A stretch of 62,066 nucleotides of DNA, filler included, from Sphacelaria rigidula (lineage: Eukaryota), in the NCBI GenBank assembly GCA_964200075.2. It is 9 parts of 9 records of this genome, joined end to end, with 100 filler letters (N's around TTAATTAATTAA, not from the genome) between each part and the next. Parts side by side here need not be neighbours in the genome. Positions count along the whole stretch, not along the records: positions 20,725 to 27,531 come from CAXNAA020017979.1; positions 27,632 to 34,438 come from CAXNAA020017980.1; positions 34,539 to 41,345 come from CAXNAA020017981.1; 6 more parts are not named here. One strand, given 5' to 3'. Both the position numbers and the translations under genes were made by a program. Shown one piece after another: positions 24,058 to 37,603 of the stretch. The number at the start of each line of letters is the position of its first letter. The stretch's first letter is position 1. The notes beneath the pieces were generated by a model. That model was not told the DNA's origin. It saw only the letters and a program-made list of their open reading frames with translations, and made no database searches.

Positions 24058-27000
24058 CAAAAGCGGAGAGCTACTGACTTTGTCTGTCATATCAGGTGGT
24101 TGCGGGTGTGTACGCATTCTACAACTCCGGGGGGGGTACGTGCTATCACCCGTACAAGTGTAACCGACTCATTAGTATCATGATGATTGTATCGACCTAT
24201 CAGATGCACTTGGGTCATTTCGGAGGAGTAAGGGTATCTGACACGCGAGGACTTCCGAAAGTGAAAGAGTTTTCTATACTCGGAGTCGATGCGATGCGGG
24301 AGTGTCGGTCATGATCCAGTCTGCGATATCAAGGTATTATAGGGCATGTACCGGGGGAGAGTTGGGTTGGACCCTTAACGGAGACCACGGACTCCTTCCG
24401 AGGAAGGGGAAGGGAAAGGTTACAAGTGTGCTAAGGGAAAAAAAACTATATTCTCCGGTCGTTTCGCTCGGTCTTTCCGTGATGAAAGATATTGAATTCG
24501 ATCAGCTTGATCTCAGCATGCATACCCCCGGTGATGGATCAGAGCGGGAGCTAGCTTGCCGATGCAGGATCGCTGGCGCTGGGTTTTGAAGAAGATTGCC
24601 ATTGGTTTTGCCTCTGCGTTTTGTGAGTGAGGACACGAAGAAGCTTGATGATGTAGAACTGCTGATTGCTGTTGGCTTCTAAGATATTCACCCTGGTCTC
24701 TTTCTCATGGTATTTCCTTTTACTTCGTCATTAGCCATGCCTGGTGTAGTCCACCTCGGGTATCTAAAGCGTGACCGATGGGGGGCTATTTCACCCCACG
24801 TGGCTATGATGCGCATACTCGGCATGGTCTATCGTGAAGGGCGTTTGTCGCCGAATCTGTGATATGCAGTGGGAGTCTCACCATCGTGCGGCCCCGAAGA
24901 GCGCAATGCCCTACAATAGCGTGACCAAACGCTCGTCACAGCTCCGATTCACCACTTGTATACCCTTCAGGTTTTCCCTTGCAAGATATTCGAACCTTCT
25001 CCTTTTTCGGGATGAGTCTTAATTTTCCAGGGACCGACCCGTATTTCTCCCCGTACCGTACCTATACCCAAAAGTTTGACCGTTGAGGTTGGACCAGCAC
25101 CCCCGCAACCCATCTATTCTCGTCGAATTATCTTTGATACTCGGGTTTTCGCGCTTTCAACGATATAAACAAGATTCCGCTCATGAAGACCGTAAAATAG
25201 TATCGGTCAGAATTCAAACCCGCAATTGCACACCCTTGTCAGATACTGTCCACCAGTCAGACCGCCGAGGCGAAGCGGCAACAACTGCAGCCGCGTCTGT
25301 CTTGAAGTTCACAAGCTTAGCTTACACCTACAACTTTGTCTCAATGACAGCAGCTAATTGATTTTCGGACTGCGCAATCAGGGCAGATTCACGCTACGGT
25401 AGGGGTTATACATCATTTAGACCCGGATCTCTCATCCGGAAGCTCCTAAAATTAGGGCTTACACACAAGAATATAGGTCAGGAAATGCCCGTTTGAAACA
25501 TTCATTCGTGATATCCCTCCAAGCCCATTGGAATGGTGGTTGTGGCGTGCTAGGGAATATTTAATACGCCGTTTTTTTATGAGGAAAAGTTTTGGTGACA
25601 ATTCGAATGTCAGAAAATATCTGTTCACGCCAGCCGTAGAACCACTTTGCAGTGATTATCGGAGAAGGGCCCTAGCTAGCACAACAAAGCGAACAACTCG
25701 CGAGGAATCAATCGAGGCTGGAAATGATCGAGAGAATGGCCCGCTTTGTACTCCGATCGGGATGAACACGAGAAGCTGGGCTAACACGAAAACTTACGTG
25801 CCCCTATTGTTTCCCATCGATTATTGATGCTGTCCTTGGTCGGTGGTCTAGCGGAGTGCCCTGGTGTGTGTTTGTACCTGCTCTAAGGCAATCTTCTTTG
25901 GATTTCATCACTCTTGTAGTCTCCTTCTCTGTTCTCCCTTCCTTCCCCATCTCTCTCTCTTCCCATGTAAGCAGCAGTCTGGTACCTTTCTTCCGTAGGG
26001 CTCATGGATGAGAGCGTATTACCCAAACTAGTGCGGTCGGGGAAGATGAGTCGCGAGCTGCTCCCACGGTTTTCCGTTTTCGAATGGGCATGATCGTGTT
26101 ATTTTTGCGCGAGACCTTTCCCATTGAAGCCATATTGTGTAGACCGACCATTTCTACTTTTTAAATTTTCACTTGTATGAAATGATTCTCGTTTATTACA
26201 CTTGCTATTTTCTTTTTGTCTACTCCGTTTACCTTTTCCACCTTCCGTTTCCTTCACTTCAGCGATTGTTTGTTTTATCTCGGAAACGCCTATCGTGTGG
26301 ATAATGACCACGACTGGATCATGACTACATGGGGGTTAGTTAATGCGCGACAATCAATCAACTGCTGAGTATATTGTGATATACCAGCCCAAGTCGCGAC
26401 TACACTGAACATCACAAGCTCAGTGTACACTGATTTTGTCTCAGTATTGGATTACTCTCGAGTAGCGGCTTGGTTCACGACACTCTCGCACAGACACACA
26501 TAGAGGAGTACCCGTGCTGATTTTGAAGCGATTATGATTAATTGATTGTCGCACTTTAACCGACATCCCAGGGATCCAGCCATGGTCACATGATGAACAT
26601 ACTGTAACTGTAAACAACTGTTTTAGAAGCCAGTAAAGTACTGGGCGCACTCGAATTGTATTAAAAATAGAGTTGCCTCGTATAATTCCACCAGAAAAAG
26701 ACACCCGCTCTCACTGAAGACCCCAGAAACTTGTGTAGCAAAGGAAGTGAGGGGGTGGTCCAGCGAAATCGGTGGGGCGAGCTCATTTCGCTTCCAGCTG
26801 AATACATGAACAGAGCTCACTCAAAGTAGACGTCCACATGTTTTTACTATCTATCTCATTGATTCTCAGCCCTGTTGTACGGTCACTCACGAATACGACA
26901 TCAACACTATTATACCGTCCGGTTCCTGTACTGCATCTATCAATAGCGTACGTTTCTGTATTTCATAGATTACCCTGCGCCCAGGGAGCTTTCAATTTCA

Positions 27001-27531
27001 ATTTATTTCGGTGTTTGTGACGTTGCGGTCTCGGAATTCGGCGGTGAAACCGGAGTGGTCTCGGCTGGGCCCTTGTTAGAAGTGGATCTAAAAGGAAGGT
27101 CTGCCGCACGCACACGGGGTATGATGATATGTCGTTGCACGGAAGCGTAAAGTTGTATTGAAGCATAAATCGCGTTCGTGTTCTTGCCGTCGCCCTACAT
27201 TCGCAAGGGCCCGCAGGAAGCCGGCGCTGACGCGCGAACCGTCTCCCGGCAAATTTCCGCTAGGTCGTCCCGCACTAGTCCCAGCCACTACCATGCCTGT
27301 TTTTAAGTACAGCTACACGACTTGCTTCCCGGTATGCCATAGAATATAAGTTGCAAACTGGTGTTTCTCGGGCAGACAGGAGACAGCGTCAAGCGTCAAG
27401 CAGCTGCACGCTGGGCCAAGGGGGCCCATATCGGGAAATGACGGCACCACCGCCCCCCAGGTCGCCCAAACTCATTCTGGGGCCGTAGGAGGGGAGGGAA
27501 GGGGGAGGGGGGCGGGGGGGGGGGGGTACTC

Positions 27532-27631
27532 NNNNNNNNNNNNNNNNNNNNNNNNNNNNNNNNNNNNNNNNNNNNTTAATTAATTAANNNNNNNNNNNNN
27601 NNNNNNNNNNNNNNNNNNNNNNNNNNNNNNN
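27532..27631. other. Artificial contig linker
   Basis: 44 N + TTAATTAATTAA + 44 N. Confidence 0.99.
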
Positions 27632-28993
27632 GGGGTTGGGGGACGAGGTGGCCCCCGATGATGACGATGACGACTGTGATACTGGAAGTGACGGCGATGG
27701 CAATGATGGTGGTGGTTGCAATAGCAATAGTGATGACGCTGGAGTCTCGAGTTGCAGTGGCGCAGTTGGAGAGTGAAAGCAAAACGTTCACATACAGTCG
27801 GGATGCGGACGCGAACGTACAGTTCAGGGCGGGGTCGAGATGCTGTCATGTAGCATGATGGGGTGTTGCGATGGTGTGTATGACGGGACGGTACGAAGCG
27901 ATATTAAGGTGGATGTCAACGATTTCTCTTTCGACTGAGACATTGCCGCATCATATATGCTGGAACCGGATTGGAAAGCTCGACGGGTATTTGCAGTACG
28001 GTTGAGTCGTGGAATAAAATATTGATGTTGTGCATCGGCCGTAAAAGAAGGAAATTATTCACGCTTTTTCATCTCTCATTCTTCATGGAAGCTCAATCAT
28101 CCGCTCGGCACATCACTGCGTTGGCAGTGATATCCCTCCAGCACGTCACTGACGAGCAACTTGACGCCCGAGATTTCTGTCTGGACGGAAGCCTCGAGAC
28201 AAACAGGAGCGAGAACATCGTCGACATTCGAACACACGTTGTTATGGTCCGTCGCCCGCAGCTAACCAAGGATGGGCGTCATGTGCAACCACGGACGCAC
28301 TTCCTACTCCTTCCCAAAATTACACATCAGCAGCGTTGTGCGGTACTCTTGAGGGCTTTTTGATATTCAACGGCTAGGGTCTTCAAACCTCATTTCATTG
28401 ATGAACCTCATTTTATAGAATCCCCTGTTTAGTGTTCGTGCAGAACATGAGGCACCATGTGCTTCGCAAGCCATGATACAGTTGAGTGGCTACATTTCTG
28501 AGTCTGCACCGTACTGGCCACACGTCCATTGTGACTCTGTGTAAATCATGTGTCATGGAAATGTTAGATCATCTCATGTCCATGTACTAGTCAATGTTCA
28601 GTTCCATAGCACTGCTGTTGTAGCATAGTACATCTTGTCGGTCTAATACGTGTCGGTTTGTGAGTAACGTATGATATGCGGAGAAACTACTTTGCTGTGT
28701 TCCATCGCGGAGGTCACTCCAACTCCTCCTTCTCCTCCTCCCTGCTGATCATACTACTGTCCTGTCTTCCAAGGGCAGCTCCGTCTTCTGGACTTTAGTG
28801 TAGTCTGCGATATATATCTCTGTGTGTGTTGGCCACCTAAGCGCCACTTTCAACATCATATCATCATATCTGCTACACAGAAGCATCACCCTGCTTCTCT
28901 TCGGCTCTCCACTGCCGAGTGTCCCGTACCTCGACTAACCTCGAGAGGCACAGCCTCTGTCACGGTGCCAAGGTACAAAACGTTACCATAGTA

Positions 28994-29006
28994 GGTTATG
29001 AAAGCC
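28994..29006 (+). promoter_or_regulatory. Primer-binding site, internal (half) tRNAiMet type
   Basis: GGTTATGAAAGCC resembles GGTTATGAGCCC, the complement of the tRNAiMet anticodon arm; equivalent sites at 4920-4929 and 40962-40973. Confidence 0.6.
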
Positions 29007-30035
29007 TCGAGTGTTGCGGCAAGTGGAGATTTTTGTCAACGCGACCGGCTGCCGTTGCGTGCTGCTGTTGTGCACACACAACATCTACGATTCACGAAGT
29101 GGTTAGCTGGAGGCAGCGTTTCTGCTGGAGCCAGTGTTTCTGCTGGAGATTGGACGTGGAGTCAACGCACTTGTCATCGAGCCCGGACTGATCACTTGGG
29201 TTCACGGCTGCACATTCGATACGCTGCTGTTTTGTGTAAGACATTCGGGGTGCATAACTTCTAGGCGTTGACTCCGGTTGGCGAATAGAGTTGTGCAACG
29301 TTTGGTAGACCGCGTGCGGAGACCTGAGTACGCGACCGACATCCAAACAGCCTGCGCGTTGTTTATCGCGGGGCAAAGTCTTTCCAAGATATCTTCCACG
29401 TGCTGAGTGCCGTCTCGGTAGCGTGTATATAGGCTGAGGAACTGACTTCACGGGCTGATATTTCACTTTGCTGTAGCTTTACCTTCAAGCCTGGCGTGAA
29501 CTGCTTCACATCAGTCACCTGCGCGTGGTATACGCGAGGTGGAGTTGTCCAAGATACCTTCCGCGTGCTTTGTCCGGCGCGTGGGTAGGTTGAAGTATCC
29601 AAGATATCTCTAGTGGTTGAGGATAACACTCAGCCTGTTAGCATATCGCTGCAGCCAAAAGGCTGCACTGAAAGACGTGTAGCAACCTAAGCGGTTACAC
29701 CTAACCCGTGTGATTTCAGGACGTGGCCGGAGTTGGTACCTCCGTCGCCAAAACACCGCAGTTTAACCAACCGCGGTAGGTCTGAACTGTGTTTTCGTCG
29801 AGCACAGGAGTCTGGGCGGACGCTGGAAGAGCATCCGACGGACAAGGGTTGTAGGCTTCCGAGCTGCGATCTGACACGCACTACGCTGCGTACAGCACTA
29901 TTATTCCCCTGCACTGCTTTTGCGCGTCGAGGCTTTATTTTTGTATTCGGGGCGTTACAGGCGTGCACATGGTCTGCGCGTTCCGCGCGTTGAACCAGGT
30001 GGTCGACTTCACAGGCGTGTGAGGGCTACGAAACC

Positions 30036-30840
30036 ATGGCGGACGCATCCGTCACCGCGCTCAACCGAGCAATCGACCACATCGGAAAATGCAAAGGCCC
30101 CGGGGACTTTCGCGAGTGGTCCGGGAAAATTCGCCAAGCGATGAGCCTGTACGCGCGGCAGATGCTTCTCATCCTGGACGGATCAGCTTGTCCCAACGAG
30201 CAGGAGGAACGTGAGGTATGGCAGAAGGCTAACAGCGACTTGTTTTCCATCCTGTTCTTCGCAACCGAGGGATCCGCGTTCGTTATCGTGAAAGAGCACG
30301 AGGGCAAGACAGCGGGCGTAGCGGGGGACGGTGCTGCCGCCTGGAATGCCGTCAAGGAGCGTTTCGACGCAAACACCAAAGTAGCCCGCCGTGCTTGTCG
30401 CGACAAACTGTTCAACAACCCCATGAAACCAGGTAGCGACCCAGTGGACTACTTCGCCACCATGGACGAGATGCGGTTGCGGCTGAAGGACTTTGGGGAG
30501 GAACTCATCGATGACAGCTACGCCGATGTTCTGCTTCGTTCTCTTCCCAAGGAGTATGATTTATCAGACATATTAACCATCGCGACCGTTCCTTCAGCCT
30601 GGAGGACATGAAACGGACAGCCATTAAGTTCCACATAGAAGAGTTGTCCCGCAAGTCGTCTCATCCTCCCATTGCTGGGCGTGGAGCGGCGATGGCCGCT
30701 GCTTCAGGCAGCGACCACTGCTTCCATTGCCAAGGCTACGGACACTTTCGAAAGGACTGCTCCAAGCTTGTGCAGAAGAAGCGACCCACGAGGTGGAGGA
30801 AGAAGAGGGACCCGAAACCTGGTGGCGGCGGTGGTAATTC
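30036..30840 (+). pseudogene. copia gag (frameshifted)
   Basis: ORFs 30036-30611 and 30608-31024; zinc knuckle CFHCQGYGHFRKDC. Confidence 0.9.
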
Positions 30841-33800
30841 CTCACTCCTGGATTGCAGGACTCCATGCGCGACGTGCGTGCTCTCGACGTACCGTATCAA
30901 GTCGAAGCAATTGGGGGGAAAACTCCCAAAGGTGTCGCAACGGATACGGTCCACGGCATCATTGTCGATGAAGAAGAATTCAAACAGCCGTTCTCCTTTC
31001 ACGCTGTTCTTGTTCCAGAGCTAGGATCAAACCTTTTCTCTGTCTGCACCTCATGGGCGCAGGGAATAGCTACGTTATTTCATCCTGGCAAGCCCAGGTT
31101 GGAATACAGCGAGGTAGACAACGGAGAAGTGGCTCTGCCGATGAACGTGGTTGGCGTGGACAACACGACCGGGAAGCTGCTGTGCACTTTCAGTTTGGAG
31201 CTTGGCGACGGCTCTGGAGGCGGTTCCAGTGCACTTGCACTGCGGGCTGTTTCTGCGGAGCTGTGGCACCGGCGGATGGGACACGTCAACCACAGGAGCT
31301 TAGATGTCCTTCGGGAAAGGGGCAACGGGGTTGAATACAACGGGAACATGGATGATTGTGGTATCTGCGCCGTCGGTAAGAGTGAACAGCAAGCTCATCC
31401 TAAGAAGGCGACGCATGATGCACAGTATCCTTTCCAGTCCGTCACCGTGGACCTCATGGGTCCCATCTCCCCTACAGCCATTAGTGGGTTCCGAATGGTC
31501 TCAAAGTTTGTCGACCAGGCCACAAAGTGGAAGGAGAGTTTTCTCCTTCAAGACAAAACATAAACAACGGAATCTCTCAAGCTCCTCAACGCGGGGCTTG
31601 TGATTCCCTCTGGATATCGCTTGGAACGCGTTAAAGCTGACAAAGGTTCAGAGTTCACGAGTGCTGAGTTCCGTTAGTACTGTCGGGAGGTCGGGATCAA
31701 GCCCATGTTTGCTTCAACTAACACGCCGCAGCAGATGGGAGACAACGAGTGGGCAGGAAAGACGATCGTGGGGATTGTACGCTGCTTGCTCGCGGACTCA
31801 AGTCTTCCCAACAAACTCTGGGGGGAGCTGATGCTGACGGCTGCATACCTCAGCAAACGGACTCCCCACGCGGCATTGAACAACGACACCCTGTACAAAC
31901 GCCTCTACGGAAAGAACGCAACCCTCGGACATTTTCGGACGATCAAGGCAAGGGCGTTCGTGCACGTGGAGACACGCGGCAGGAAGCTGAACAAACCTGC
32001 GTGGGAAGGGAGGCTCGTGGGTTACAGCATGGACAGCACGTCGTACCGGGTTTACAACCCAGCGACAGGGACTGTAAGGGGAAGCAGGAACGTGATCATC
32101 GAGACTCCTTCCGCCATGCCTTAACCTGACTTGGCGAATGGTCTTGAAGAGGGAGGATTCACGTACGACGACGTCGATGACATGATACGGGATATCCGGA
32201 ACTATTCATCCAACATCGACCTGAGATCGTCGCCTGCTGCTGACCAAGAGGTTCGTAACCCTTCAGTTCGCGTGCTATTCAAACACATCAAGGAGAAAAC
32301 CAACCGCGATGCTGATATCAACCACACCAAGTCCGCGTCTTCCGAGACCGCACCAACCGACAATCAATCGGGTGATCCGTTTGGGGGAGACGACCCTCAA
32401 GTAAATCACCCTGGTGATTCGCCTGGGGGAGACAGCCCTACCCCGTCTGAGGAAGGGAGCCCTGCAGGTACAGGTGGTGGTTCTGAGTCGGGTGGTAGCT
32501 CCGGTGATTCGGGATCTGGTTCGGCGTCGCACGGCGAGGGTAGCTCCCGCGAAGGTTCCGCGTGACGTGGTGGGCGTGATGCTCACGGTGGGCGACGTGG
32601 CACGGCATCTCGTGGTGGGCGGGATGATTCTACACCGCAGCGTCCTACTACCAGATCGGTGACACAAGGGCCCAACGCAAAAGTTCTCCGCGAATTGAAG
32701 AAGCTTGGACTGCACACGAAGGGGGAGAGACAGGACATCGCCCACAAGGACGAGTTCGTGTACTTCGTCCATTACGCCTATGCAGCGCAAAACATCCAAC
32801 AGACGGTTTCCAGGACATTCAGGGAGGCCATGGAGCTAGTCGACGCGAAACTATGGCGAGCAGCTACCGGCAAAGAAATGGACAGGTTGAAGGAACTTAG
32901 GGTCTTCACGCTGGTCCCGCGCAAGACCGTTCCTACTGGCTCCAGGATCTACAAGCCCCAATGGGTTTGCAAGATCAAAGCCGACAACAGCCACAAAGCG
33001 CGCTTGGTGGGGGCTGGGGACGAGTCCCGGGCAAGGACTGCGGTAGCACATACGCTCCTGTTTGCCGTCTGCAGAGCGTGCGAATGGTGCTGGCTATCGC
33101 CGCGGAGATGGACTGGGAGGTGGTTCAGATGGACGTGAATACTGCTTTCTTGTACGCTTCTCTCAAGGAAGTTGTGCAGGTGGAAGCAGCACCTGGGTAC
33201 GAGAAGATAGACAAGGATGGAGTTCCACTCGTCATAAAGTTGCACAAGAGTCTTTACGGACTTGCTCAGAGTTCCGGGAACTGGTTCAAGACCATCGACC
33301 CGGAACTCGTCGCTCTCGGGTTCGTTCCGCGCCAGTCTGGCACCTGTGTTTACATATACAGGAAGAACGGCGTAGTCATTATTCTGACTCTCTACGTGGA
33401 CGACCTTCTCCTCGGTGGAGCTGGCATCCAGGTCATCGAGAACATTAATCAGAAGTTGATAAAGCGGTTCAAGATGACGGACATGGGAGACGTTACACTC
33501 GTGCTTGGGATGCAGGTTACGCATGACGGCCAGAAGAAGACGATCACGATCAGCCAGGAGAACTACACCGGATCCATCCTGGAGAAGTTTGGCATGGCGG
33601 ACTGCAAGCCTGTGAGTACTCCCGGTTTCGGAAAGGAGCTATCCACCAACCAGCCGGAGGGGACTCTTCTCAACGAGGAAGAAACGCAGAGGTTCCAGGC
33701 TATAACAGGCTCGGTCATGTACCTAGCCCAGATTACGCGCTACGGTATGTACAGCACTTGCCAATTTGCTCGTGCGATGTCTAAACCGTCGAAAGCGCGC

Positions 33801-34346
33801 ATGGGTGCGGCCAAGCACTTGCTCAGGTATCTGGCGGGAACCAAAGATTTTTACCTGGTCTACAAGAAGAGAGGGTTCAAGCTGACAGCCTTCTCTGACT
33901 CCAACTGGGGGAACAACCCCGACAACGGCAAGTCGACGTCGTGCTACATCATGATGTTCTGCAAGGCTCCGGTAGGTTTCAGGTCGGGTGTTCAAAGTCT
34001 TACGGCAATGTCCACCATGGAGGCGGAGCTGGTGGCTGCAACGCTGGCCATAAAGGAAGCGATTTTCTGTTCCAATATGCCGATCGTGCTTGGTTTCGGA
34101 AGGAGGTCAAGAAGATGCCGCTGTACATCGACAACACGGCGACACTACATGTGATCGGGAACCGCGCGTACAGCTCTCGCACGAACCATATCGCGTTGAG
34201 GTTCTTCTACATCCGTGAACTAGTTAGCGAGGGAAAGATGACGATTTCACGACGCCCCCACCGAAGACAACCTGGCTGACATAGGGACGAAGCACTTGAC
34301 CAAGCTACGTCTTCAGTAAATTTTTCACAAGTTCAAGAACTTCTGA
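30841..34346 (+). pseudogene. copia pol (partial PR, IN, RT, RNase H) with stops and frameshifts
   Basis: ORFs 30853-31563, 31705-32124, 32659-33138, 32961-34154, 33941-34279. Confidence 0.93.
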
Positions 34347-34368
34347 CGCCTTCAACATCATCATTCAA

Positions 34369-34438
34369 CAACAAATTGTGCGAATTGAGGTTTAACTCCG
34401 AGATGAGGTTCGAGCCTAAAACAGTGCTTTCCCCACAC
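34369..34438. repeat. Same element end as 4143-4210
   Basis: CAACAAATTGTGCGAATTGAGGTTTAACTCCGAGATGA...GCCTAAAACAGTGCTTTCCCCAC. Confidence 0.8.
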
Positions 34439-34538
34439 NNNNNNNNNNNNNNNNNNNNNNNNNNNNNNNNNNNNNNNNNNNNTTAATTAATTAANNNNNN
34501 NNNNNNNNNNNNNNNNNNNNNNNNNNNNNNNNNNNNNN
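34439..34538. other. Artificial contig linker
   Basis: 44 N + TTAATTAATTAA + 44 N. Confidence 0.99.
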
Positions 34539-34624
34539 GTCCTGGCTGAAGTACTTGACCGGGGGGAGGGGGTCAAAATCCACCTATCTCGACAGCAAAA
34601 CCCAAAATCGAAAAACCCCCCTCT

Positions 34625-34702
34625 TGGAGTTTTAGATACTGCCTTCCAGAATATGTGTGCAAAATTTCGTGGTCTAACTCAAAAAAATGGCGTGAGGAAT
34701 CC
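34625..34702. repeat. Interspersed repeat with an inverted copy at about 40280-40357
   Basis: TGTGTGCAAAATTTCGTGGTCTAACTCAAAAAAATGGCGTGAGGAATC vs GATTTCCTCACGCCGGTTTTTCGAGTTAGACCACGAAAATTTGCACACA. Confidence 0.7.
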
Positions 34703-35127
34703 CCGGGGTGTAAATTTTGTGCGTTCAATCTGAACCAGCCTGTATGGCGATGTAGCAACTCCGCTTGTCAAACTCACCACGTCTAGTGTGTGTGCGGGGG
34801 GCTGTGAAGTTCCAGAGGCCAGTTTGTTTCCTGTCTCGAGATAGTAGCGATGAAAACTTTCACGGTTAGGACGGATCATCACGACCACGGATCATCAAAT
34901 CCACGATCTCTTCGGCCTGATTGCCCAAAAGGGAGAAAAAAGTTGACCGCTGGTTCAAGGGGTATCCACGCAACTTGTGCGCTATTCCACGTGTGTGGAC
35001 TGCGTGTACTTGGGTTGCAACGCTGAAAACAAAGCCTAAGTATTGATTCGTACGATTCGAATCAATTGTACTCAAACCAAGCAATTTCCAGACGAATCGA
35101 TCTTTGTCCGACCCTTGGAAAATTCAC

Positions 35128-35309
35128 AGCTGTCGCATACTAAACATAGATAACTCGGGGATGGAGCGTGTGTTATGTTTGGCACAGGTTCGGCACAGGT
35201 CCGACCAGTCTATGACGTCTTCGATACGTCTTCAATATCCGCCGGCATTCATTTTATTCTTTGTGGGCAACGGATGTTTGGTCAGTAAGGCCTTCATTCA
35301 CGGGCATAA
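35128..35309. repeat. Interspersed repeat, second copy at 54162-54328
   Basis: AGCTGTCGCATACTAAAC.TAGATAACT...GGCACAGGTTCGGCACAGGTCCGACCAGT...GGGCATAA in both contigs. Confidence 0.8.
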
Positions 35310-36868
35310 CAGTAGCAGACTCCTACTGTGCTCATACAGTGCTAGGTGAATGATCTTGCTCTTATTGTGACAACGCCCGACGACCTACAAGTAGCAGCTA
35401 CAGAAAAATATTGGCATAACGTACAACTTCAGGTGCTGCCGCGTGCGTTCGTGCTTCACTCACGGCAAGCTCACATGTCAAGCTGATCTCTGGCTCAAAA
35501 ACGACCCGAAAGTATCCCGCATCGGCATCAAATCGGTCCGGTAATATGCCGATCCGGCTTAAATTTGATTGTATCACGTTTATGGGGGACAATACGAAAG
35601 CGGCAGAAAAGAGAAAAAAAATGAGTTTCCTGGAAAAAACCGGCATACAGTCTACTTGGCATTAACTAGTTGCCATAAAATCGGGGCAACAACTGCACTG
35701 GTGCGTTAGATACAAATAATACGCCCGTTGCCCACGAGCTGGACCAGCCTAGACACGGATTGAAGCTCTCAGAGCAATACATCGTCGACACGGACGAGTT
35801 GGGCTATGATCCGCATATTGTATCCACCCTTTTGGGACCGGACCCCCACCAACACAGGGTCAACCCTGTGTTGGTGGAATAATAAAAAACAAGTCTTCGA
35901 GCGACCTGCCCAATCACTGCGAGGCGAAATTCATCGGCCAGACCCGAACGACCAGCGCGGGGATTGCTGTCGAGTGTGATGCCACCGCAAAGATCGTGTG
36001 GGAGCCCTATCCCTGGCCAAGATTAGCCTTCCCAGGTTTTCAAGTGCACGGTGGTCGCGTCGCAGCTTGTTTTTATGGTATTACTTGCACTTAGTATAGC
36101 GTTCCCGAGTTTCTCCGGAGTCCTTTTTGGATCTCAATTCTATACTGAAACGTAGTAATTTATACTAACACAGGGTGGACCGGAAAAAACTGGGAGGGAG
36201 TGTACATGCTACCATGTGATTGTTTTCACGAGGCACTAAACCTAGGTGGGCCATGGAAAGACAGGAGCTACCGTCATGAATCCTGCTCATCCCTATGCCG
36301 ATGACTTGCAGTTTTCATTCAACATGTACGGAGTATGTAGTAGGCGGGGATGAAAGAGCGATATATAGGTAGTTGATCTCGGTGGCTGAGAATCGCCCAG
36401 AACGTGCAAGGGAGTATGCAACGGCAGCGGCTGCTGCAGTCGGGGAGGCGTATTGCACTGTACTTGTACTGTACTGTGTTGTATGTATGCGCGCCGCAAA
36501 GCTAATATACCCTTCGAAGATAATTTGCCGCATGCAACAAAGAGGGAAATGGCGGCCCACCCCGACCACAAAGGGCTGTGTAGCAAGGTGATGGGGACAA
36601 ACGTGGCGGGCGGCCCGCCCGTCGCCGCATCCTGTTGAAAGCGCTCTACAGCGACACATACTGCTTGCTACATCAGATGTACATTGCCTAATGCGCACCC
36701 TGCACCTGAAAATAGGTTGGATGAAACTTTCGGTCTTCGTCATAACCCTACGGTAACATACACGGATTTTCAGCAACATGCCGTTGTTTCGTCCAGACGC
36801 CAGACACGTCATCCCCAACCAGTCCCATTGGTCATTCTGGAGGCCCGGTCCCAAATGAGTCAATTTTC

Positions 36869-37060
36869 TCCACAACGAGCAATGACTCGAGTGCTCGCCC
36901 TATTATTTTTTTTCCACAACGAGCGATGAATCGAATGGTCGCCCTATTAGTTTGTTCCCACAACGAGCAATGACTCGAGTGCTCGCCCTAGTAATTTTTA
37001 CGGCCAACGAGCACCCCAACGTGCGAGTGCCAGGAGTCACACTCGTGCTCGTCCGACGTG
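36869..37060. repeat. Three ~44-bp subterminal tandem units and element end
   Basis: CCACAACGAGCAATGACTCGAGTGCTCGCCCTA x3; same family as 1-89. Confidence 0.75.
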
Positions 37061-37554
37061 CGAACAATTTCAATAAAAATCCACAAAAAAAACCATGACA
37101 ATTTTCAAAAAAATGTCCTCCGGGAGGGGGTAGAAGGGGGGCCTCTGTGTCCGAGTTTTTTTCCCTCGACAGATCCTTGATGCAGCGCGTATTGTCTTCT
37201 CGCACTCGGCTTTGTCTCTCGGTTGTCAGAGGTGAACGTGTGTTTCGTGGAGGTAGTCTGGAAAATGCGCAGCAGCCAAAAAATATCCCGCAGTGGTTGA
37301 CACAAGAACATTCGTGCTGTATAGATGGAGGGTGCATAAATTCACTTCCAAGTAGCACATTTGACAAGGGGCGACACGGTGGCGGAAGAGCAAGTTGCGG
37401 TCCTCAACGGGCACACTCATCACAGGGGTTCGTGGTGTGCGTGTGTGCGTTTGGATCAACAAATACATCATGCCTAAACCTTTTCTGGAGAACAGCGCTA
37501 GCTGGGCACTTTATGCGCAGCCAAATGCCCTGCTGCAGAATCGAACCGTCTGTC

Positions 37555-37555
37555 G

Positions 37556-37602
<47 letters not shown>
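37555..37602. repeat. (GTT)n microsatellite, intronic
   Basis: About 16 perfect GTT units. Confidence 0.97.

Positions 37603-37603
<1 letters not shown>

Larger units (their letters stand above)
28347..34346 (+). mobile_element. Decayed Ty1/copia element (5' LTR, PBS, gag-pol through RNase H; no 3' LTR in contig)
   Basis: gag 30036, CFHCQGYGHFRKDC, LWHRRMGH/CGIC, KADKGSEF, RT LYVDD, RNase H SDSNWG/STMEAE/IDN; same family as 90-5419; LTR start approximate. Confidence 0.94.

Noticed and set aside
36869-37010. Three ~44-bp repeats, CRISPR-like at first glance
   Set aside because: Head-to-tail units separated only by T-rich runs; subterminal repeats of an element also seen at 1-89
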